From: Fibrobacteria bacterium | GTDB taxonomy: Bacteria; Fibrobacterota; Chitinivibrionia; Chitinivibrionales; FEN-1185 | Assembly: GCA_037447435.1 (NCBI GenBank) | Contig: JBBIGR010000009.1 | Coordinates: 80,875 to 144,874 of the forward strand | Direction: 5' to 3' | DNA length: 64,000 nt | Part shown: one piece after another, positions 57,662 through 64,000 of the stretch | Layout of the letters: every line of letters begins with the position of its first letter | How positions within the stretch are numbered: the stretch's first letter is position 1 | Program-made: the position numbers and the translations under genes | Notes under the pieces: model-generated | Database searches by the model: none | Told to the model about the DNA's origin: nothing | What the model saw: only the letters and a program-made list of their open reading frames with translations

Positions 57662-57733
57662 GAAATCCTCTTATTTTAAACATTGTTGAAACAAGCCCCC
57701 CAAAGTGCTTGGAGGGCATGAAATGGAACAAGA

Positions 57734-58048
57734 CTAATTCACATTCAACGCATTAAGGTAGACTTGTTCCTGTTGTACACCAACAAAGGTGTTTTCTACT
57801 TTGCCGTTTTTAAATACAACCACGGTTGGGATTGCATTTATTGAAAACTGGCTGGCAGTATTAGGGCTTTCATCGACATTTAACTTATAAACTTTTGCTT
57901 TGCCAATGGCTTTGATACTGACCTGATCAACAATAGGACCGGCAATACGGCAGGGACCGCACCAAGGTGCCCAGAAATCAACCAAAACCGGTATTTCAGA
58001 ATCCAGAACATCTTGCTTGAATGTTGCATCATTAGTTTCAAGTGCCAT
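57734..58048 (-). CDS. trxA: Thioredoxin
   Basis: VLVDFWAPWCGPC, LNVDE, IPT, FKNG. Confidence 0.95.
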   Translation of the reverse strand: MALETNDATFKQDVLDSEIPVLVDFWAPWCGPCRIAGPIVDQVSIKAIGKAKVYKLNVDESPNTASQFSINAIPTVVVFKNGKVENTFVGVQQEQVYLNALNVN

Positions 58049-58094
58049 AAATTGCCTCCTATTTTGATTTTACTTACCCTTTAGCAGATAATAA

Positions 58095-58111
58095 CGCAAT
58101 GATTATGCCAA
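58095..58111 (-). promoter_or_regulatory. Sigma-54 (-24/-12) promoter for the trxA-led operon
   Basis: Minus strand TTGGCATAATCATTGCG = GG-N10-GC, about 47 bp upstream of trxA. Confidence 0.82.
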
Positions 58112-58226
58112 TGATATTAATTTTGGCATTTTATATTAAATTTTAAAAAAAGAATGTTAATAAATAAAAAAATAACACTTTTAAAGCAATTTGAATAATT
58201 TACAAAAATCTTTCTTAATGAATAAT

Positions 58227-58292
58227 TGTTGTTTTTATGTTGCATATGCTATCTTAATTACGTTGCATGCAACACCAATGTTATTTGCAACA
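58227..58292. promoter_or_regulatory. Putative enhancer (UAS) sites for the divergent sigma-54 activator
   Basis: Clustered TGTTGCA/TGCAACA half-sites: TGTTGCATATGC 58238, GTTGCATGCAAC 58262, TGTTATTTGCAACA 58279. Confidence 0.6.
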
Positions 58293-58312
58293 TAAATATT
58301 TCAGGAGAATGC

Positions 58313-59731
58313 ATGTTTTGCTTTGATGAAAATAGGTCGGTTAAAAAGGAATGCTTTGAAACGATATTGCAAACAATGGCCGAAGCGGTATTCATTGTAG
58401 ACACATCAGGCATTATCAGGTATTGCAATAAGGGACTCGAAAAAATGTCCGGCTTTTTATCGGAAAATATTATTGGAAAAAAATGCCAGGACATCATGAT
58501 GTGTGCTTGTGGTTCAATGAAAGAATGCGGCTTAATGCTTCAACAGGAACTCAGTAATATGGAATGCCAATTGAAACGAAAAGACGGCGCGGTTTTGCCA
58601 ATTTTAAAAAACGGGCGTGCCATGTACGATGAAAGCGGAGCTGTAATAGGCGGAGTGGAAACGCTCACCGATATTACTGCTTTAAAACAGGAACAGCGCA
58701 AAAACGCTGCATTGGAAGAGCAGGTGAAGCTTTCCAGCGGAAAGCATCATTTGCTGGTTGGAAAAAGCAAGGCCATGCAGGATGTCTTTGAATTGATCGA
58801 TTTGGCTGCGGCATCTAATGCCACGATACTCATTTCCGGGGAAACAGGGACTGGAAAGGAACTTGCGGCGCGTTGCATTCACGAACGAAGCGCCAAAAAC
58901 GCCGGCCCCATGGTCAAGGTGAATTGTTCGGCGCTTCCCGAATCTCTTTTGGAAAGCGAATTATTCGGGCATGTAAAAGGGGCCTTTACCGGAGCGATTA
59001 AAGACAAAGTAGGCAGGTTCGAGTCTGCCGACGGGGGAACCCTATTTCTCGATGAAATCGGCGATATTTCGCCCTACATTCAGGTGAAATTGTTACGTTT
59101 TTTGCAGGAACGGGAATTCGAGCGAGTTGGCGAAAGTGTGACCCGGAAGGCCGATGTTCGAATTATTACGGCGACAAACAGAGATCTTCGGGCTCTTGTC
59201 CGTACCGGTGATTTTCGGGAAGATTTGTATTACCGTCTTAAAGTGTTTCCGGTTCATCTGCCGCCGCTTCGTGAACGAAAAGACGATATCGGTATTCTAA
59301 TTAATCATTTTATCGACAAGTATGTCGCTCAAACCGGGAAACAAATCAAAACCTTGGACTCCCAAGCGGCCATCACCATGATGGATTATTGCTGGCCCGG
59401 GAATATCCGCGAGCTTGAAAATGCCGTAGAACACGCTTTTGTTACGTGCCAAGGATCCGAAATAGGCATATTCGATTTACCTCTTGAAATCAGACACGTT
59501 GAATTGCGGTCGACGTCGTGTTTGCCGGCATATGGAGCCGGGGCGGTTGTTCAAGGACAAATTTACAAAAAAAATAGTTTGACAAAAGATAAGCTCGCCG
59601 AGGCGCTTCTCCTGTATCGCAATAACCGTTTTGAGACTGCCAAATCGCTGGGGATCGATAGGACAACGTTATGGAGATATATGAAAAAATGGGGGCTATG
59701 TCGAAGTCATGGAGAAAGTGGTGCGCCCTGA
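58313..59731 (+). CDS. PAS-domain sigma-54-dependent transcriptional activator
   Basis: Cys-rich [52 protein letters not shown], Fis HTH; AGGAG RBS before ATG 58313. Confidence 0.93.
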   Translation: MFCFDENRSVKKECFETILQTMAEAVFIVDTSGIIRYCNKGLEKMSGFLSENIIGKKCQDIMMCACGSMKECGLMLQQELSNMECQLKRKDGAVLPILKNGRAMYDESGAVIGGVETLTDITALKQEQRKNAALEEQVKLSSGKHHLLVGKSKAMQDVFELIDLAAASNATILISGETGTGKELAARCIHERSAKNAGPMVKVNCSALPESLLESELFGHVKGAFTGAIKDKVGRFESADGGTLFLDEIGDISPYIQVKLLRFLQEREFERVGESVTRKADVRIITATNRDLRALVRTGDFREDLYYRLKVFPVHLPPLRERKDDIGILINHFIDKYVAQTGKQIKTLDSQAAITMMDYCWPGNIRELENAVEHAFVTCQGSEIGIFDLPLEIRHVELRSTSCLPAYGAGAVVQGQIYKKNSLTKDKLAEALLLYRNNRFETAKSLGIDRTTLWRYMKKWGLCRSHGESGAP

Positions 59732-59763
59732 GAGACTCGAACTCCCAACCGTCTGGTTCGAAG
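59719..59763 (-). pseudogene. 3' half of tRNA-Arg(TCG), an attachment-site remnant
   Basis: Minus strand CTTCGAA-CCAGA-CGGTT-GGGAG-TTCGAGT-CTCTC-AGGGCGC-ACCA; 5' anticodon stem, D arm and 5' acceptor strand are absent. Confidence 0.85.
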
Positions 59764-59813
59764 ACGGACGCTTCAATCAAAAAAACTGCTTAATTGTGCA
59801 AATTTCGACATTT

Positions 59814-60911
59814 TTATACCGCCGCAACATTTGACACTATCACAGCACTATCACACTTACGGGAAAATTTGATACTTTGCGCGCTTTTCAAACTGTTTTT
59901 ATGCCAGTACGTGGAAAGCATTGGCGTTTTCCATCCGGCAATGTCCATAATGGCCCGCTCACTATTTCCAAGTGCGCACAAGTCGCTTGCTGCGACGTGC
60001 CTTAAATCGTGGACACGGACATTTTGAAGCCCCGCGTCCTCAAGACAAGATTTCCAAGCATTCTTAAAATCTCCCAGAGAATGAAAACCGTCTTTCTCCT
60101 GCCGATAAAACAACCACGGGCAGCCGGTCGGAATTCCTTGAAAATATTCCTTCAATTCTTCCGGCACGGGTTTGTAAATCGGTATCCCGGCCTTGCTTTT
60201 TGGCACGTAGATTGTATTTGTGAAAGCATTATACGCTTCCCTTGGAAGGCTTACAAGTTCGCTCTTCCGGCAAGGCACAAGCAGGGAATACCGAACAAAG
60301 GGCAAGAGGTACGGCCTCTTTGCTTCAATGACATTGAGAAGTCGCGCGCGTTCATCCTCGTTCAAATAGCGGTCTCGCGGGCTTTCCTTTGCCTTTGGAA
60401 AACGTGCCTTGGTGATTGGGTTCTCTTTGAGTAATCCAAGTGCCAAAGCCACATTGAAAGCCGCCCGGACGTATTCGATGATTCTATTTGAAGCCGCGTT
60501 ACTTGGAAGTCGACCCTTTTGCTTGGTATCCTTATACTTTACCAAAGGAGTATTCTTGAAGAGCCGCATGTACGTTTCGAACCGATCCGGGAAGGCATTT
60601 AAAGGCACCTTTCCAAGATCATTTGAAAGCCTATTAAGCTGGCACACGTCACGAGTATGTACCTTGTTCCGTTTTTCCCGATAAATCAAAAGCACTTCGT
60701 CAAAGGTTTTCAGCGATGTCAAAGAACATTTGGCAGCACCATCACGGGATTCTCGTTTGAAACGTGCGAGCAATTCCCGCGCTTGTTCTTTGGTGCCCTG
60801 GATTGTCTCTTGCCGGTGTATAATTTCTCCGTTCATACGGATCCGGCAAACGACACGCCATTTATTTTCACCGATAGGCCGGATTCCCGGCTCACCTTTC
60901 CGGTAATTCAT
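59814..60911 (-). CDS. Tyrosine recombinase/integrase
   Basis: RDRYL, CRKSEL, SKAG, HDLRH, GWKT…STY catalytic pattern; N-terminal arm-binding-like region. Confidence 0.93.
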   Translation of the reverse strand: MNYRKGEPGIRPIGENKWRVVCRIRMNGEIIHRQETIQGTKEQARELLARFKRESRDGAAKCSLTSLKTFDEVLLIYREKRNKVHTRDVCQLNRLSNDLGKVPLNAFPDRFETYMRLFKNTPLVKYKDTKQKGRLPSNAASNRIIEYVRAAFNVALALGLLKENPITKARFPKAKESPRDRYLNEDERARLLNVIEAKRPYLLPFVRYSLLVPCRKSELVSLPREAYNAFTNTIYVPKSKAGIPIYKPVPEELKEYFQGIPTGCPWLFYRQEKDGFHSLGDFKNAWKSCLEDAGLQNVRVHDLRHVAASDLCALGNSERAIMDIAGWKTPMLSTYWHKNSLKSAQSIKFSRKCDSAVIVSNVAAV

Positions 60912-60990
60912 TACATTGATTCCTTTCGCAATGAATACCGGATATGACGTTTATAATATACCACAAAATACCCCAACGTGCTATTAATAA

Positions 60991-61287
60991 CTATCTCTTG
61001 TCAAAAAGCAGGCTTCCCGAAAGTAGTTTCTTTTCGATTTCACGCCATTGATAACGCCATACCCGGCCAATTTTATAGGCACCTGGCAGGCGATGGGCCG
61101 CCGTCCATTTCACGACGGCCTTGATTGACACATTCAATTTCCCTGCAAGCTGTTTGCCGGTCAAGTATTCGGGTTCCTCTGCCAATGGGTTAAATGGTTC
61201 CTTTCCATAAATAGCCTCATTTGAATTGTCACTGTCATGAATTCCTTTGTTTGTTGATCGCTCTTTACTTTCATTCAAGATACTCAT
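60991..61287 (-). CDS. Excisionase-like HTH DNA-binding protein
   Basis: YLTGKQLAGKLNVSIKAVVKW…LPGAYKIGRVWRY; directly upstream of the integrase. Confidence 0.82.
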   Translation of the reverse strand: MSILNESKERSTNKGIHDSDNSNEAIYGKEPFNPLAEEPEYLTGKQLAGKLNVSIKAVVKWTAAHRLPGAYKIGRVWRYQWREIEKKLLSGSLLFDKR

Positions 61288-61622
61288 ATTTTCCCTTTCT
61301 ATTAAATTTCTCAAATCCTTTGGTGGGGGTGCAGAAATACATCTTTTGTAAATGTGCATTTTATGCAATTTTCAATATGTCAGTAACTCCGTTAATTCTA
61401 AGTCCTTAATTTTTAAAACAATTTAATTGCATAAAACCAAGGAATTTAAAGTTTAGTTTTTTATTACTAAAATTTCACAATTCAAAATGTGCCAATTGAA
61501 AAAGCACTAAAATCATTTTGTTTTTCCTTCCATATTTGTTAAAAGTGAACAGCAATTATCGCCTGTTTTTTTCTGGCACTTTCTACTTTTTGCATTCAAT
61601 TCCAATCTTGGGGGGGGGCTTT

Positions 61623-62678
61623 TCATGCTTCTTTCAAGAATTGGTCTAAAAGTTCACAAATCAATCCGGGCAAAGAATCAGGTTCAAGCCGTCCAATAAT
61701 TTGCGATAGGTCTAAAACTTTCTTTTTCCATTGGTAAGCGTTTTGACGCGACAGCAAAGATTCTTCAACCATGGTTTTTAGGAAGCTGTCAAGCCCACCA
61801 AAGATTTTCTGAGTATTTTCAAAACCGCTCATGTATAGGTAGTCACTGACAATATTTCGGCAACCTTGTTTTTTCAGCGCTCTCAGCTTTTCGAGTTCAA
61901 CTCCCAAACCCGTTTCAATAGGACTTTTTATTGTCGCCCTTTCATTGAAATTTAAAACTCTCTGGACATGTCTATTGAAAACGTTTTCCAATACATCAAA
62001 CTTATTAATTAGGTCACTTATATTTGCCACTGAGGTAACCTTTTCAATCTTTTTTCGGTTCGACATGCGATACTCACACCGCATAACGTTGCTTGCCCCT
62101 TGATATATAGGCGGTATTGGCATTCCCTTCACTTTACAAGCCTCCAATTTATCATAAAAGCATGTTGTCCATTGTTTGTTTCCATTGTAATAACTTGTCG
62201 GATAATCCCGATTATTTCCTCGCATGAAACCCATTGAGTGAAATGCAGGGAAATACTTTTGAAACGGAAAACATGTTTTTCGATCCCGCGCAACATCGAT
62301 ACGCAATAGGGAACAATCGTTGACAGACACGTTTACACCTGATTCTTTCAAAAGCGATTCAAGTCTTTCACAAATATTTTTAAAGTCATTTACATCTACA
62401 GTTTCCATGTTGTGGACTTTTTTACTTTTTATTGAGGAAGGGGAAAAAGTAATCCACAAATATCCGTTCCTAATGTCAGACCATGCGAATTCTTCAATCT
62501 GGCCACGTATTTTTGCGCTTTTTCCAAATAGTTCGCTTCCGTCTGTTTTCATACCGATAAATCCTTCGTTTTTAATCTCGCCTGTTTGGGCACTAGATGT
62601 TGAATTGATGTCCAAATTCGGATGTGGCTCTAAAGTATAATCACGAGTTCCGATTTTTAAAGTATCTAAGACAATCAT
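61623..62678 (-). CDS. Rolling-circle replication initiator (phage/plasmid gene II/X, Rep_trans-like)
   Basis: LDTL, LRIDVA, PTSYY, FYDK, MRCEYR motifs. Confidence 0.72.
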   Translation of the reverse strand: MIVLDTLKIGTRDYTLEPHPNLDINSTSSAQTGEIKNEGFIGMKTDGSELFGKSAKIRGQIEEFAWSDIRNGYLWITFSPSSIKSKKVHNMETVDVNDFKNICERLESLLKESGVNVSVNDCSLLRIDVARDRKTCFPFQKYFPAFHSMGFMRGNNRDYPTSYYNGNKQWTTCFYDKLEACKVKGMPIPPIYQGASNVMRCEYRMSNRKKIEKVTSVANISDLINKFDVLENVFNRHVQRVLNFNERATIKSPIETGLGVELEKLRALKKQGCRNIVSDYLYMSGFENTQKIFGGLDSFLKTMVEESLLSRQNAYQWKKKVLDLSQIIGRLEPDSLPGLICELLDQFLKEA

Positions 62679-62753
62679 AAATGCACTTTGACCGGATTTG
62701 TCATGGTAATCGTGCGGAAATACACCTTATTACTTATGTGTGATTGATTCTGT

Positions 62754-62981
62754 CTAATTGTTACCATGACAATGGAACCCTGCGTTTTCATGCAAGGCTA
62801 CTTCGCTTTTCTCAACGCGTGCCCGTTCTCTGTCAATTACCTCGCATAAACGTTTTTCCTCGGCGCCCCAAGGAACAAAACCAGAGATACGAGAACTTAA
62901 CTGACTATAAGTAAGTCCAATTTCATTAGCTACCATTCGTCGATCAAGTTTTAGACGAAGAAGTTCCAAACGATAATCCAT
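62754..62981 (-). CDS. Small HTH-like protein
   Basis: GGAGG RBS; RRMVANEIGLTYSQLSSRISG resembles a Cro/XRE helix-turn-helix. Confidence 0.6.
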   Translation of the reverse strand: MDYRLELLRLKLDRRMVANEIGLTYSQLSSRISGFVPWGAEEKRLCEVIDRERARVEKSEVALHENAGFHCHGNN

Positions 62982-63145
62982 TTTTCCTCCAAGAAATATT
63001 TTGTTCTTATTCCTACAAAAGTACTGAAAAATATAGGGCAAGGATTAAAAATGCGCTTGTCAATATTTTTATCTGAAAACAAAAAGCCCCAATTCTCATA
63101 GGAGAACCAGGGCATAACAAAATTCGTTTTGTGGTTGTTTTTTGG

Positions 63146-63922
63146 TTATTTTTCGAGTGGAGACCCTCTAGTTATTCTTTTAAGTCCTGCTTTGATATTG
63201 TTTCCTACAAAAAGACTATTCCCTCTTCCCGGGTATATTCCCTTTTCCAAATATATTTGTATAATTTCTCTTTGCCAAGACCTAAACCGCTTTTCTTCAA
63301 ACCGCTTTATTTCTCCCTTTTCGCCTATACTGAAAATTTCTCGATATAAATGGCGGTAACTTTTATATAGTTTACCAGGGCCATGTTTTTTTTCTTTTAT
63401 TTTTTCTTTGTTTTCACTTTTGTTGGGCTCCTGTTGTTTTATTGCAAATTTATTTACCTCAAATTCTTCAAAATTATATCCGAGATATTTGTTTGCGATT
63501 GCATGAGCTGCATAAAGCCAAAGATTAATATAATCAATCATTTCGGGGATTTCGGAAATTCGATTGATCCATTTTTTAGGTGCGCAATTAGAATGATTAT
63601 AACAATATGCCTGACTACCATTTTGTAAAAAACTTAAAAATGCTCCAAACCGTTTATCATTAATAATCGCATGAAAAGTGAAATAGCCTGGGATGTTTTT
63701 AAGCAAATATTTCAGAAGTTTATCATCAGAATACAATTGCGAATGCAATTCCCATAGTTGCCATATTTTATCATTAGGATTCTTCGAATTAACAATATTT
63801 TCAATGCGATCAAGGAATATTTGGAAGCGTTCTTTAATATTTAAATTTTCATAATTATGGACTATTCTGCTCCCTCCAGAATATTCATGGTTAACTAGTG
63901 CTAATGGGTCTTGCATAGGCAC
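63146..63922 (-). CDS. Hypothetical cargo protein of the integrative element
   Basis: 258-aa AT-rich ORF with a GGAG RBS; no recognised motif. Confidence 0.55.
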   Translation of the reverse strand: MPMQDPLALVNHEYSGGSRIVHNYENLNIKERFQIFLDRIENIVNSKNPNDKIWQLWELHSQLYSDDKLLKYLLKNIPGYFTFHAIINDKRFGAFLSFLQNGSQAYCYNHSNCAPKKWINRISEIPEMIDYINLWLYAAHAIANKYLGYNFEEFEVNKFAIKQQEPNKSENKEKIKEKKHGPGKLYKSYRHLYREIFSIGEKGEIKRFEEKRFRSWQREIIQIYLEKGIYPGRGNSLFVGNNIKAGLKRITRGSPLEK

Positions 63923-64000
63923 ATCTCCGCTTGTGCTTCCGCTTCATTGCCTATTCTTGCCCATTCGGCACCCCATTATCGTTTGATCCGGCATGGTACA

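Larger units (their letters stand above)
59749..64000. mobile_element. tRNA-Arg-integrated element extending beyond the window
   Basis: att core, integrase, excisionase-like HTH, rolling-circle Rep and AT-rich cargo ORFs. Confidence 0.85.

Noticed and set aside
49420..59718. MCP-ars-hgc-sulfur block as a second island integrated at the same tRNA
   Set aside because: No second tRNA 3' repeat, integrase or transposase was seen at the dnaG boundary; unsupported without comparative genomes
59719..59795. Intact tRNA gene
   Set aside because: The 5' anticodon stem does not pair, and the D arm and 5' acceptor strand are missing

Overview
Bacterial chromosomal window, probably from a Fibrobacterota/Chitinivibrionales-like polysaccharide degrader. 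This is an inference from the circularly permuted GH16 domain and the short basic C-terminal tails on secreted proteins. The left part (1-29 kb) holds c-di-GMP/cAMP signalling genes, housekeeping genes (rpe, pgsA, thyX, ahcY, pfkA) and secreted GH18, GH16-CBM and GH44 proteins. The middle (29.1-44.9 kb) holds a 21-bp-period inverted repeat array and two divergent phosphate (Pst) operons. One is canonical (porin-pstSCAB-phoB-phoR-phoU). The other is atypical: it has two PstB paralogues with complementary degenerate ATPase motifs and a PhoU fused to a Cys-less arsenate-reductase-like domain, and it is the best candidate for an undescribed system. Next come dnaG and a divergent rpoD, a chemoreceptor preceded by Pho-box-like repeats, an arsR-arsC-acr3-hgcA-hgcB operon (arsenic resistance coupled to mercury methylation) and a sigma-54-controlled persulfide/thiol-redox operon. 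The window ends inside an AT-rich integrative element (tyrosine integrase, excisionase, rolling-circle Rep) inserted in a tRNA-Arg(TCG) gene. All calls come from motif reading by eye; no database searches were run.
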